A DNA stretch of 64,000 nucleotides from an uncultured Spirochaetota bacterium (lineage in GTDB: Bacteria > Spirochaetota > Spirochaetia > SZUA-6 > Fen-1364). Numbering within the stretch: the stretch's first letter is position 1; each line of letters starts with the position of its first letter. The translations under genes were made by a program, and so were the position numbers. The notes below the pieces were generated by a model. That model ran no database searches and was not told the DNA's origin. It worked only from the letters and a program-made list of their open reading frames with translations. The DNA is taken from assembly GCA_963733835.1 (NCBI GenBank), contig CAVTER010000015.1, positions 196,979 to 260,978 on the forward strand, in the 5' to 3' direction. Positions 49,973 to 60,313 of this stretch are shown here, in pieces.

Positions 49973-51775
49973 TTGGACACCCGAAAGATCCGCAACTTCT
50001 GCATCATCGCGCACATCGATCACGGCAAGTCGACCCTTGCAGACCGGTTCATCCAGCGCGCGCGCCTCGTCGCTGACCGCGACTTCCACGACCAGATCCT
50101 GGACAACATGGACATCGAGAGGGAGCGCGGCATCACCATCAAGAGCCAGGCGGTTGCCATCCCCTACCAGGCTGCCGACGGGCGGGACTACGTGCTGAAC
50201 CTGGTCGACACCCCGGGACACGTGGACTTCTCGTACGAGGTCTCCCGCGCCATCTCCGCCTGCGAGGGCGCCGTCCTGCTGATCGACGCCAGCCAGGGTG
50301 TGGAGGCGCAGACCCTGGCGAACATGTACATGGCCATCGAGCACAACCTCGAGATCATCCCCGTGATCAACAAGATCGACCTGCCCAGCGCGGACGTCGA
50401 GGGGGTGAGGAAGCAGATCGCCCACGACCTGGGCCTCGACCCGCAGGGGGCGCTGCTCGTGTCGGGGAAGCTCGGCACCGGCGTGGACGAGCTGTGCGAG
50501 GCCATCGTCCAACGCGTTCCCCCGCCGTCGGGCGACGCGGGAGCGCCGCTCAAGGCCCTGATCTTCGACTCCCACTACGACGTGTACAGGGGCGTGATCG
50601 TGCACGTGCGCCTCTACGACGGCACGCTGCGTGCCGGGCAGACCATCCGGTTTCACTGGAACGGGTCATCGTACAAGGTGGAGGAGGCCGGGGTCTTCCG
50701 CCTGGGGCTTGCTCCCGCCGCGTCCCTCGGACCGGGCGAGGTCGGCTACCTCATCGCCGGCATCAAGACCGTGGCCGACACGCGGGTGGGCGATACAGTC
50801 ACCGACAACGACAGGCCCTGTGCCCAGCCGCTCGCGGGCTTTCGCGAGGTGAAGCCGGTGGTCTTCTCGTCCATCTACCCCGTGGACGCGAATGACTACG
50901 AGGAGCTGGTCCAGTCCATGGCCAAGCTCAAGCTCAACGATGCCTCGCTGATCTACGAGAAGGACTCCTCGGTGGCCCTCGGCTACGGGTTCCGCTGCGG
51001 GTTCCTGGGCCTCCTGCACCTGGAAATCGTGCAGGAGCGCCTCGAGCGCGAGTTCGAGATGTCCATCGTCTTCACCGCGCCGTCGGTCCAGTACAGGCTC
51101 ACGCTCCAGGGCGGCAGGGAGATCACCGTCGACAACCCGGCCAACTTCCCCGACCCCTCGCAGATCCAGTCGTCCGAGGAGCCCTTCATCGCCGCCTCCA
51201 TGATCACGCCGTCGCAGTACCTGGGAAGCATCATCACGCTGTGCCTGGAAAAGCGCGGCACGCAGAAGTCGATGACCTACCTGGACGAGAAGCGCGTGGA
51301 GCTGGTCTTCGAGATGCCCCTCGCCGAGGTGGTCTTCGACTTCTACGACAGGCTGAAATCCGTGAGCCGGGGCTACGCCTCCTTCGACTACCAGCTCATC
51401 GGGTTCCGCCCTTCGCAGCTCGCCAAGCTGGACATCCTCATCAACGGGAAGGTGGTCGACGCTCTCGCGCAGCTCGTCTTCCGCGAGAACGCCTACCAGA
51501 AGGCGCGCAAGGTCTGCGAGAGGCTGCGCGACGAGATCCCGCGCCAGCAGTTCAAGATTGCCATCCAGGGGGCGATCGGCAGCCAGATCATCGCCCGCGA
51601 GACCGTCAACGCCTACCGCAAGGACGTGACGGCCAAGTGCTACGGGGGAGACATCTCGCGCAAGAGGAAGCTGCTGGAGAAGCAGAAAGAGGGAAAGCGA
51701 CGGATGAAGATGGTGGGCGACGTGGAGCTGCCCCAGTCCGCCTTCCTCGCTGTTCTCAAGACCTCGGAGGATTGA
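49973..51775 (+). CDS. lepA: Translation elongation factor 4 (LepA)
   Basis: IRNFCIIAHIDHGKST, DTPGHVDF, NKIDL. Intact to stop 51775. Confidence 0.93.
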   Translation: MDTRKIRNFCIIAHIDHGKSTLADRFIQRARLVADRDFHDQILDNMDIERERGITIKSQAVAIPYQAADGRDYVLNLVDTPGHVDFSYEVSRAISACEGAVLLIDASQGVEAQTLANMYMAIEHNLEIIPVINKIDLPSADVEGVRKQIAHDLGLDPQGALLVSGKLGTGVDELCEAIVQRVPPPSGDAGAPLKALIFDSHYDVYRGVIVHVRLYDGTLRAGQTIRFHWNGSSYKVEEAGVFRLGLAPAASLGPGEVGYLIAGIKTVADTRVGDTVTDNDRPCAQPLAGFREVKPVVFSSIYPVDANDYEELVQSMAKLKLNDASLIYEKDSSVALGYGFRCGFLGLLHLEIVQERLEREFEMSIVFTAPSVQYRLTLQGGREITVDNPANFPDPSQIQSSEEPFIAASMITPSQYLGSIITLCLEKRGTQKSMTYLDEKRVELVFEMPLAEVVFDFYDRLKSVSRGYASFDYQLIGFRPSQLAKLDILINGKVVDALAQLVFRENAYQKARKVCERLRDEIPRQQFKIAIQGAIGSQIIARETVNAYRKDVTAKCYGGDISRKRKLLEKQKEGKRRMKMVGDVELPQSAFLAVLKTSED

Positions 51776-53418
51776 TGCTGTCGAGCAGCCGGGAGGCCCG
51801 TCCGGCGTAGTACAACGCCGCGACGCGCGCGCGGGCCAGGAAGCTGGGCGAGGGGGCGGCAGCGGCCTCCCTGTCCGGGAAATGCAGGAAAGCGTAGTCT
51901 GCCGCCTCCAGGAGTGCGCCGGCCTGGGCGTCGAGGCCGCCCGTGCCCCCCGACCGCAGGACCCCCACGATCCTGCCGGCTGCCTCCTCGAGCAGCCGCG
52001 CCTCGCCGGCAAGAACCCGTCGGACCGCCTCCACGGCAAAGGGCCGTCCCGGCCGCACCTCGATGCGCGGCCGCGAGGCTCCCGCCGCGCGCACCCTGCG
52101 CAGGAAACCCTCCTCGTCGATTCGGCCCACCCCGAGCTCCAGCCCCGTACGCCCCAGGTCCCATGCCCTGCCGACGTCGCCCGCGACCTGCAGGCGCAGG
52201 CCGTCCCTGTAGGAACGCAGCACCAGGTCCGTGAGCACGACGGCTCCCGACTTGTCGGCTTCCCTGAGCGTGCGGCGGAGGGCAAGGCTGCGCACGGAGT
52301 CCTGGTCGATCCCGTGCATCCTGCCCGCCGTGCACAACGCCGACAGGTGGGGGGGGGTTCCCCGTGCGTGCGTGCGGGAGCCGGGGAAGCTGAAGTCCAG
52401 GCCGGTCAGGAAGACCTCCCCGGTCGTCAGGCGCAGGCCCGCGTGTGCCGCGGCCACGCCGACGGAGCCGAGCGCGGGGAAGGGGCAGGGCAGGAGGCCC
52501 GCGGCCTCGAGCCTGTCGAACAGGGCGAGGGGGGCGAAGCGGCTGGCGAAAAAGGAGCACCTCCCCGGGAAGATCCGCGGCGTCGCAGGGTGCGCGCTGA
52601 GCTCGCAGGCGAGCAGGGTATCCCCGCCCCGGTGGGGAATGAAGTCCTGGATGTTTGCGATCTGGGCCTCCAGGGCGACGACGATGTCCGGGGCGAGCGA
52701 CTCCTCGGCCAGACGGGGGAGCGCCGTGTCGGCCGCCGCGAGGATGAACCCGCCCCGCCCCTCCTTCAGCACCGGGAGGCTCGCCTCCAGGGACGGCCCC
52801 GCTCCCGCCACAACGACCGGCGCCCGGGCGGACAGGCGCGAGAAGTCCCCCGCCCCGGGGAGGACGGCGAGGTTGTCGAGGAGGTTCCGCACCCACATGC
52901 TCCCCATGGAGATCAGCGTCGCCGCGTCCTGCCAGTGCGTGCGCACGACCGCCTCGATGGTCCTGCGCAGCTCCGCGTAGCGCCCGGGGGCCAGGCGGTA
53001 GCCTGCAGAGAGGGGCACCTCGGCAACCCTGCGGAACCTGCCGATGCCGAGGCCGCGTGCCGCGCGAGCCGCCTCCTCGGGATCAGCGGTCCGGACAACC
53101 GAGAGACGTGGGTCGGCCGGCAGCCCCGCGGCCAGGGCGCGGCCCATGAGCAGGGGATCGGTCTCGATGCAGAGGACGGCGCATTCCTCCGGGAAGACGG
53201 GCGAGGAGGTCCGCCAGGCCCAGGCCGAGGCCGACCGACGGCACGAACACAAGGGTGCGCGGGGCGAGGGGGGCGGCCAAGGCGCGGGCGCGCGCAGCCG
53301 CGGCAGGGTCGCCGCCGGGGTAGAGGAGGATGCCGCCGTGGTGAAGCGTTCCGCCCGGTGGCGGGAGCGGCGGGGAAACCCTGTCCGACGGTGGGCGGGA
53401 AGGGTCCTCGCCCGCCAT
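51756..53418 (-). pseudogene. DUF115 / motility-accessory-factor (Maf, MptE-like) family protein (frameshift ~53190)
   Basis: ATG 53416-53418 directly abuts the upstream stop. Core VVAGAGPSL..ILAAADTALP..ALEAQ..FLTGLDFSF. Confidence 0.65.
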
Positions 53419-54961
53419 CTATCCCTTCGTGGGAGGGCCGTACAACGTGGCAAAGGCCTCCATGAACCTGTCCTTCAGCTTGGCCGGGTCCATGAGCTGG
53501 GTCTGCAGGTCCACCTGCATCGTCTGGTTTGCAAGGTACTCGACCCAGGAGCCCAGCAGGCTCGCCGTGGACTCGGGCAGCTCACGCTGGGCAAGGACGC
53601 TGAGCACCAGGACCTGGTCGTCGAGCACGACCGGCGCGGAGACCTTGTCCGCCGCCAGGGCGAAGCCGGTCTGGAAGAACTCCTCGCTGTAGGCTGCCGC
53701 GGCCGGGGTTGCGTTCTCGGGCACGGCTCTCAGGGGCGCGAACGAGAACACGTTCTGCAGGTTGACGGGCACGAAGTCCGTGGCGATGGGGACCACCCCC
53801 GCCTCGCGCGCGGCAGCGGCAAACCCCGCCGAATCGGCCCGTCGGGCGAAATCCTGCCCCTTCGCGACGAAGTAGTCCTCGATCTTTCCCTTCTCGTAGG
53901 TCGTGAGGTAGACCTTCACCACGTCCAGCACGGCGGCGTCCGTGAAGTCGGGGTCGACGGGGTCCGCGTCGCAGCGGTAGACGAGCCAGCCGAAGCTTCC
54001 CTTGAGGACCTCGCTCACGTCGCCCGTGCGCAGCGTGAACAGCTCCTGCGCCGTCTCCTTCTTCTCGAAGTCGGCCTGCAGGTCGTAGGCGTAGCGCCAG
54101 CCCATGTCCCCGCCCTTGTCGGCGTACCCGTCCTTGGAGTGGGTGCGGGCCAGCTCCTCGAAGCTGCTGGTCTTCTCGGAGATCTTGCGCCGGATCTCCT
54201 TCGCCTCCCGCTCACCGGACTTGACGAGGATCCGGCTCGAGCTTGACCTTGCGGAACAGGGAGCTGTTCGCCGTCCCGTAGGCGCGGACCTCGTCGGCGG
54301 GGTAGTCGGCGAAGGGGAACGAGACGAAGGTGAAGCTGCGCTCGGGCCGGGCCATGGCCGTGACGAACTCCTTCTCCTTCGCGGAGGTCTTCAGGCCTGT
54401 GAACATGTCGCGGTAGAACTCGTTGCTCATTGCCTGTTCCCGCACGAGCTTGCGGGTCTGGGCTTTCTCGTGACCCTGGCTCCTGTTGTAGCGCTCCTCG
54501 CTGAACTTGCCGTTCTCCAGGTAGGTGGGGTGGCTGAGCAGCTCCTTGTCGACCGCATCCTCCGACACGTGCACGCCGGCCCTCTCCGCCTGGAGGAGCG
54601 TGGCGACGTGGATGGCGGTCTGCCTGTAGGCCTGGTACCAGATCGTCTGCTGCAGGATCTCCATGTCCTGCTCGGTGGAGGCCGAGTCGCGGACCTGCTG
54701 GGCGATGGTCGCGCGCTGCTGCTCGAAGTAGCTGCCGGGGTAGCAGGCGATGTCGCGGCCGTCGTACGTGCCGAAGACGATGAACCCCCGCCGGTAGAGC
54801 TTGCCGGCCACGGGCGAGCCGACGAAGGTGACGACGACGATCACGAGGAGGATGACGCTGAAAACGTACAGGAGGGGATGGACCTCCTTCTTCTTCTCGA
54901 CGATCTCGGAGACGGTCTCTCCCTTTTTCGCCTTCGCCCTTCTCATATCTCGTGACGCCAT
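53419..54961 (-). pseudogene. PpiD/SurA-like membrane-anchored parvulin peptidyl-prolyl isomerase (frameshift ~54225)
   Basis: N-terminal TM segment LLYVFSVILLVIVVVTFV. Parvulin motif ARTHSKDGYADKGGDMGW spans the frameshift. Confidence 0.7.
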
Positions 54962-54998
54962 GTGTACTTCCTGTCCGTGGGGTGAGATTCGACGCGCC

Positions 54999-55027
54999 AC
55001 GGTAGCATCGGGCGGCCGAAATGTCAA
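54999..55027 (-). promoter_or_regulatory. Candidate promoter TTGACA-N17-TACCGT for the ppiD-like/DUF115 operon (37-nt leader)
   Basis: On the minus strand, TTGACA = 55027-55022 and TACCGT = 55004-54999. Confidence 0.4.
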
Positions 55028-55063
55028 CGGAGACGGATCGATGGCGCGGGCGGCGCCGCCGGC

Positions 55064-55093
55064 TTGACACTTTCGGGCCCCGGCGAGTACATT
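55064..55093 (+). promoter_or_regulatory. Promoter TTGACA-N18-TACATT for the tRNA-Asp/tRNA-Pro pair
   Basis: TTGACA 55064-55069, TACATT 55088-55093. The tRNA 5' end is at 55104. Confidence 0.55.
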
Positions 55094-55103
55094 CCTGAGC
55101 AAC

Positions 55104-55177
55104 GGGGGCGTAGCGAAGCTGGTTATCGCGCTGGCCTGTCAAGCCGGAGATCGCGGGTTCGAGTCCCGTCGCTCCCG
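55104..55177 (+). tRNA. tRNA-Asp (anticodon GTC)
   Basis: GGGGGCG-TA-GCGA..TCGC-G-CTGGC-CTGTCAA-GCCGG..GCGGG-TTCGAGT-CCCGT-CGCTCCC-G folds by hand. Confidence 0.88.
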
Positions 55178-55222
55178 TTACGTTCATGACGCACGACGGT
55201 CCCCTCGGGGACCGCGATTCAT

Positions 55223-55295
55223 CGGGCTGTAGCGCAGGGGTTAGCGCATTCGGTTCGGGACCGAAGGGTCGGTGGTTCAAATCCACTCAGCCCGA
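55223..55295 (+). tRNA. tRNA-Pro (anticodon CGG)
   Basis: CGGGCTG-TA-GCGC..GCGC-A-TTCGG-TTCGGGA-CCGAA..TTCAAAT..CAGCCCG-A. Confidence 0.88.
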
Positions 55296-55303
55296 CTCTC
55301 TCA

Positions 55304-56594
55304 TCAGGACACCTCGTCCAGCGATCGCACGGCGTCACAGTCCAGGGGCGGGGGCGCCGCCCTCCCACGTGCCCTCGTACTGCCGTCCGAGAACCGCTTC
55401 CCGTACAGGTGCTCGAAGAGGAAGCGGAAGTCCTCGGGCTGCATGCGCATGAACAGCACGCCGAAGAACGACGTTCTCGCTGTCCTTGAACTTGCGCATG
55501 ATCCGCGACCCCGCCTGGATCTGCGGTCCCCGATGCGCAGCGTCAGGTCGAGGTCGGTGTGCACGAGCAGCTCGCGGCGCGAGGTCCTGGTTGGGGTGCG
55601 CGAACAGCAGCCCCGAGGCGCTCATGTCGATGATCGGCGCCTCGTAGCGGCGCTCGCCCGCGTTCTCGGCGCGGAAGTACCCGTTGGTGACGAGGGAGTA
55701 GCAGAGCACCCGGGCGAACTGCCAGCGTGTAGTCGACCATCTCCCGCAGCAGGCGGTCGCGCCGCTCGCCCTCGTTCACGAGGTGCACGTAGCCCACCGA
55801 CGTACTCGTTGTAGAGGATCGGGCAGAACAGCTCGGCGGCGATGTCCTGCTTTGGACTTTTCGTAGAGGATGTTGCCGAGCCGGCTCTGGATCACCGAGG
55901 GCCGCGTGCCGCTCTCCTCCTCGAAGCGCGACGAGCTCGGCCTTGGTGATGACCCGCTCGTCGGGGAAGGGGTCGCGGGTGGGGAAGTCCTCCGCGACGG
56001 CGGGGATCCACAGGCACTTGCCCAGCCGCACCACCACCTTCTCCTCCCAGGTGCGCGGCAGCCGGTCGCGCAGCATGGTGATCTTGTGCCGCGAGCACGG
56101 GGTGTCCACCTTCTTGCGGAACTCCGCGACCAGCCCCTGGATCTTCGACGGGTCGAAGCCGAGCGGCGGCCGGGCGGTTCCACGGGATTGAAGCGCTCGC
56201 CCGGGGGAAGTTGAGCTCGATCTTGCGGCCCCTTCAGGACGAAGGAGACCTCGATGTCGTCCGCGAGGCGCACCCGCTCGTACTTGCGCTGCAGGTTCTT
56301 GTACACACCCTCGGGCCTGCGCACGGACAGTCTCTTCCGGCGTCCGCCTCTCAGCACCTTCGTGAGTGAAGGTGTGATAATTGTTCTTCAGATAGAAGAA
56401 GACGCGCACCTCGTCGCCCGGCTCGAACCCGGCCAGGTCGCCGTCGAGCGCCTCGAGCTCCAGCGAGTCCTCGTCGGCCTCGACGAGCCGGCAGCGGGCC
56501 TCCCGCCGGCTGCCGTGCACGTCGCACCGGCGCCCTCGTCGACGAGCGCCTTGAATACGAACTCCTTCTCGATGCGGCCGACGGGCGTGCCCAT
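55304..56594 (-). pseudogene. PilZ-domain c-di-GMP receptor (YcgR/Plz-like, apparently two PilZ-type modules); >=6 frameshifts
   Basis: MGTPVGRIEKEFVFKALVDEG. RxxxR motif QRKYERVRL. D-x-S-x-x-G motif IIDMSASGLLF. The pieces are spread over ORFs 56388-56594, 55543-56520, 55776-56357, 55335-55709 and 55304-55564 (all minus). Confidence 0.65.
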
Positions 56595-56598
56595 GGTC

Positions 56599-57336
56599 CT
56601 ACTCCGTTGTCCCCGAGGCGCCCCCGTCAGCAGCCACCGGTACGGGGAGGGGAAGAAACGTGCGGCCGGGCGCTGCGCGCCGCGGCGAGCGCGCGGGATC
56701 GACCTGCACGTCCGACACGAGCCACCGGCTCCCCTCGCTGCGCACGTAGATCTCGCCCTCCGCCGAGCCCTCGCCCCGCAGGAGGCGCAGGTTTATGGAG
56801 ATCTCACCCGTGGGAAGCGTCGTGGCGCTGCCCAGGCGGAAGGCGAGGGGCCCCGCGTTCACGCGGGACGCCGGGCCCAGCAGGTCGAGCACGGCCTCGC
56901 GCGAATCCTCCGTGAGACGCGAGCCGTCCGGCGTGCCTGCCGCGACAGAGGCGAGCAGGGCGGCGGCGGCCGCGAGGGCGGCCTTCTCGTCGTCGGTGCC
57001 CGCGCGCGGATCGGCGAGCGGACCGATGGAGAAGTCCTCCGGCATGACACGTCCTGCGGGGCCGAGCAGGAGGAGCGGGGCTGTTCCCGAAGCGGCGGAG
57101 GCGGGCAGGGGACGCACGGGTGCGGCAGTCGGCAGCGCGGGAGCCGGCGCGGGCGGCTGGAGCGTCGAGGGCGCCGGGGCACTGGCCGCCTCCGCGGGCT
57201 TCGCGGCAACCGGCGGGGCCGGTTTCGCCGCGGAGGGAGCGCGCTGCCGCGTGCAGGAAACGGGGAGCGCGATGCAGAGGCTGAACACCGCCGCGCCGAC
57301 GAGGGCGCCTCCGCCCCGGGGCCTGAGCTTTCCCAC
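56599..57336 (-). CDS. Pro/Ala-rich lipoprotein, function unknown; immediately upstream of the PilZ gene
   Basis: GTG 57334-57336. Lipobox LPVSC. Intact 245 aa. Confidence 0.6.
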   Translation of the reverse strand: MGKLRPRGGGALVGAAVFSLCIALPVSCTRQRAPSAAKPAPPVAAKPAEAASAPAPSTLQPPAPAPALPTAAPVRPLPASAASGTAPLLLLGPAGRVMPEDFSIGPLADPRAGTDDEKAALAAAAALLASVAAGTPDGSRLTEDSREAVLDLLGPASRVNAGPLAFRLGSATTLPTGEISINLRLLRGEGSAEGEIYVRSEGSRWLVSDVQVDPARSPRRAAPGRTFLPLPVPVAADGGASGTTE

Positions 57337-57400
57337 AGCCCCTTGTACCAGAAACGGCTCCCCGCGTCAAACCCGGGCTCGCGCCGCCCCCTGGCGGCAC

Positions 57401-57429
57401 TTGCATCCCACGGTGCGCGAGACTACATT
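57401..57429 (+). promoter_or_regulatory. Promoter TTGCAT-N17-TACATT ending 9 nt before the HD-protein ATG (leaderless architecture)
   Basis: TTGCAT 57401-57406, TACATT 57424-57429, ATG 57439. Confidence 0.5.
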
Positions 57430-57438
57430 GGCGGGGTC

Positions 57439-58743
57439 ATGGGCGAACGGGAACGCATCCTCGACAGCCTCGACAACGACTACACGGAGCCGGTCCGAGA
57501 CCCTGTATGGAAGCACATCTTCATGTCCCCGCCGCTCCTGCGCATCGTCGACCAGCAAGGCTTCCAGAAACTGGACCGCATCCGCCAGCTGGGGCCGGCG
57601 AGCCTCGTATACCCGGGCGCCACGCACACCCGGCGCAGCCATTCCCTCGGGGTCTTTCACCTCGCCCGGCGCATGATCACCACGCTCGTGAGGAAATCCT
57701 CCGCCCCGGGGGCACCCCCGGTCGAAGGGATCACCCGCGAGGGGGTGAGCGCGTTCCTGTGCGCCGCGCTCCTGCACGACATCGGCCACTATCCCTTTGC
57801 TCACTCTCTGAAGGACCTCGCCGTCGAAGCCCACGAGTCCCTCGCATCCCGGCAGATCCTCAGCGAGTTCGCGAAGCCGATACGGGAGCACCTCCGCGTG
57901 GATCCCGAGGCGGTGGCCGCGATCATCGACCACCGGGTGCGCTACCGGGGGCCGCTCGACGTGCGTTTCTTCTGGAGCCTCCTCTCGGGAGTGCTCGACC
58001 CGGACAAGCTGGACTACCTGAACCGGGACGCGTTCTTCTGCGGAGTCCCGTACGGGGTCCAGGACGTGGATTTCATCCTCGAGGAGGTGTACCCAGACCC
58101 CCAGAAGGGCGCCGCGATCAGCAGGAAGGGCGTCATGGCGCTCGAGAACATCCTGTTCTCGAAGTACCTCATGTACAAGACGGTGTACTGGCACAAGACC
58201 GTGCGCATCGCCACGGCGATGATCAAGAAGGCCATTGCCTCCGCGCTGGCCGTCGGGGCCATCCGACGCGAGGAGCTGTACGGCCTGGACGACGAGGAGT
58301 TCTTCTCCCGTTTCGCCGCGGACCGGTTCAGCGGGTTCCAGCTCATCGCCGACGTGCGTGCGCGCTCCCTGTACAAGCAGGTCTTCCGGGTTCCCTTCGA
58401 CGACGCCAATCCCTCGCACCGGCGGCTGGAGGACGTGTCCGAACGCCTCGAGCTGGAAAGGCGGATCGCAGCCGACGCGGGGGCGCTGCTCGGTCGGCCT
58501 GTGCCCGAGGCGAGCGTGGTGCTGGACGTGCCCGAGCGCATCTCGTTCGAGATCGACATTCCGGTTCTCGACCCGCCGCAGTACCGGTCCCCGGCGGGGC
58601 TGGATGCCTCCTCGGTGTTCGGCCGCATCGAGGGAGCGGACTTTCCTCGGGCGCTTCGCACCGTGTCGCTTTCGGCCCGGCGCGAGGAGCCCCTGCTCGC
58701 CGTGCTTGCGAGGCTGGACCTGCCCGGGGCCATCAACGGATGA
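57439..58743 (+). CDS. HD-domain phosphohydrolase, SAMHD1/dNTP-triphosphohydrolase-like
   Basis: RSHSLGVFHLA..LLHDIGHYPFAH..DKLDYLNRD. 434 aa from ATG 57439. Confidence 0.75.
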   Translation: MGERERILDSLDNDYTEPVRDPVWKHIFMSPPLLRIVDQQGFQKLDRIRQLGPASLVYPGATHTRRSHSLGVFHLARRMITTLVRKSSAPGAPPVEGITREGVSAFLCAALLHDIGHYPFAHSLKDLAVEAHESLASRQILSEFAKPIREHLRVDPEAVAAIIDHRVRYRGPLDVRFFWSLLSGVLDPDKLDYLNRDAFFCGVPYGVQDVDFILEEVYPDPQKGAAISRKGVMALENILFSKYLMYKTVYWHKTVRIATAMIKKAIASALAVGAIRREELYGLDDEEFFSRFAADRFSGFQLIADVRARSLYKQVFRVPFDDANPSHRRLEDVSERLELERRIAADAGALLGRPVPEASVVLDVPERISFEIDIPVLDPPQYRSPAGLDASSVFGRIEGADFPRALRTVSLSARREEPLLAVLARLDLPGAING

Positions 58744-59516
58744 ACGGCCTCTCTCCCGCGGATGCGCGGCTGCTGGAGCGCTTCGCGCACGGGGTGGGCC
58801 GGGGGATCAACAGGTTCTCAATGATCGGCCCCGGCGACAGGGTCCTCATCGGCGTCTCGGGGGGCAAGGACTCTCTCGCTCTCGCCGCGGCCCTGTCGGC
58901 CCGCATGCGGTGGGTGCCCGTCCGCTACGAGCTTCTCGCCGTCCAGGTGGAGTGGCGGGAGTACCCGCTCCTGGAAGGCGAGAAGGCCGCGCTGGATGCG
59001 TATTTCGACGGCCTGGGCATTCCCCTGCGCAGGGTGCAGGCTGCAATCAACCCTCCTACCTTCCGGGGGAAGTTCAGCTGCTACACCTGCTCGCGCAACA
59101 GGAAGCGCCTGCTGTTCGGCGAGGCGGAGAGGGTGGGGGCCACGCGCATTGCCCTGGGGCATCACATGGACGACATCGCGCGCACCACACTGATGAACCT
59201 CTTCTTCCACGGCGAGTTCTCCACGATGATGCCCGTGCAGGAGTTCTTCGGGGGCAGGCTGCGGGTCATCCGTCCGCTGTGCGAGGTGCGCGAGGCGGAG
59301 GTCGCGAAGCTTGCCCGCCGGCTCGGCCTGCCCGCGGTGCCCAGCCGCTGCCCGAACGCGGGGTCGAACCACCGGGCGCTGATGGCCGACATCCTCCGCC
59401 AGGCTGCCCGGGTCAACAGGCACGCGGTGTCCAACGTGTACGGGTCGCCCTGGCGGATCAACAGCGCGTACCTGCCCGGCCCCGCGGGCCCTTCACCGTC
59501 GCCGGAGGCGCCATGA
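58740..59516 (+). CDS. PP-loop ATPase, TtcA-like tRNA thiolation family
   Basis: ATGA overlap with the upstream stop. GVSGGKDS. Cys motifs CYTC and SRCP. Confidence 0.75.
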   Translation: MNGLSPADARLLERFAHGVGRGINRFSMIGPGDRVLIGVSGGKDSLALAAALSARMRWVPVRYELLAVQVEWREYPLLEGEKAALDAYFDGLGIPLRRVQAAINPPTFRGKFSCYTCSRNRKRLLFGEAERVGATRIALGHHMDDIARTTLMNLFFHGEFSTMMPVQEFFGGRLRVIRPLCEVREAEVAKLARRLGLPAVPSRCPNAGSNHRALMADILRQAARVNRHAVSNVYGSPWRINSAYLPGPAGPSPSPEAP

Positions 59517-60295
59517 TCGTGGCGATCCTGAGCGACGTGCACGGCAACAGGGAGGCACTCGAGGCGGTCCTCGCCGAGGCCGACGGGCTGGGAGCAGAGC
59601 AGAAGTGGTTTCTCGGCGACCTGGTGGGGTACAACGCGGACCCCGACTTCAGCGTCGCGGAGGTCCTGCGGGCCGCCACATTCCTCGTGCGGGGAAACCA
59701 CGACAAGGCCTGCGCGGGGCTGCTCTCCACCCAGTGGTTCAACAGCGTGGCCCGGGCTGCCGTGGAGTGGACGCGCCGCACGGCCTCGACCGCGACGCTG
59801 GAGAGCCTGGCCGGCCTGCCCGCGGGCCCCGTGGATGCCCCCGGGACGCCCCCGGGGGGCTTCGTGCTGTGCCACGGGACCCCGTTCGACGAGGACGTGT
59901 ACATGAGCGAGCCGGGGGCCATCGAGGAGAGCGCGCGCTGGATGCATGAAAGGGCAGAGAGGCCCTCGCGGGGGAAGAGCGGCCCGCAGGTGTGCTTCCA
60001 CGGACACACGCACAGGCCCTTCGCCTGCCGTCTGCGGGGGGGAAAGGGCAGGCCGGAGGCGCTCCCCGCCGGGGACATGGTCGCCCTCGAGGACGGCTTC
60101 CTCTACCTTCTCAACCCCGGTTCGGTCGGCCAGCCGAGGGATGGCATTTCACAGGCTTCTTTTGGTATATTGGATACCGCACGCTCGGTGTTCCGCACCC
60201 GGCGGGTCCCGTACCGCGTCGAGGAGACGCAGCGGAAGATCCTGGCGGCGGGGCTCCCGCGCGAACTGGCGCGGCGTCTCGCCGAGGGGATATAG
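59513..60295 (+). CDS. Calcineurin-like metallophosphoesterase
   Basis: ATGA overlap with the upstream stop. SDVHGN, GDLVGY, GNHD, GHTH. Confidence 0.8.
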   Translation: MIVAILSDVHGNREALEAVLAEADGLGAEQKWFLGDLVGYNADPDFSVAEVLRAATFLVRGNHDKACAGLLSTQWFNSVARAAVEWTRRTASTATLESLAGLPAGPVDAPGTPPGGFVLCHGTPFDEDVYMSEPGAIEESARWMHERAERPSRGKSGPQVCFHGHTHRPFACRLRGGKGRPEALPAGDMVALEDGFLYLLNPGSVGQPRDGISQASFGILDTARSVFRTRRVPYRVEETQRKILAAGLPRELARRLAEGI

Positions 60296-60313
60296 GGCCT
60301 GGAAGGAGAGGGA

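Noticed and set aside
55104-55295. tRNA genes (also tRNA-Arg 16537-16610 and tRNA-Gln 40440-40512) as integration sites of genomic islands or prophages.
   Set aside because: There is no integrase, no direct repeat of a tRNA 3' end and no compositional shift. The flanking genes are housekeeping and syntenic.
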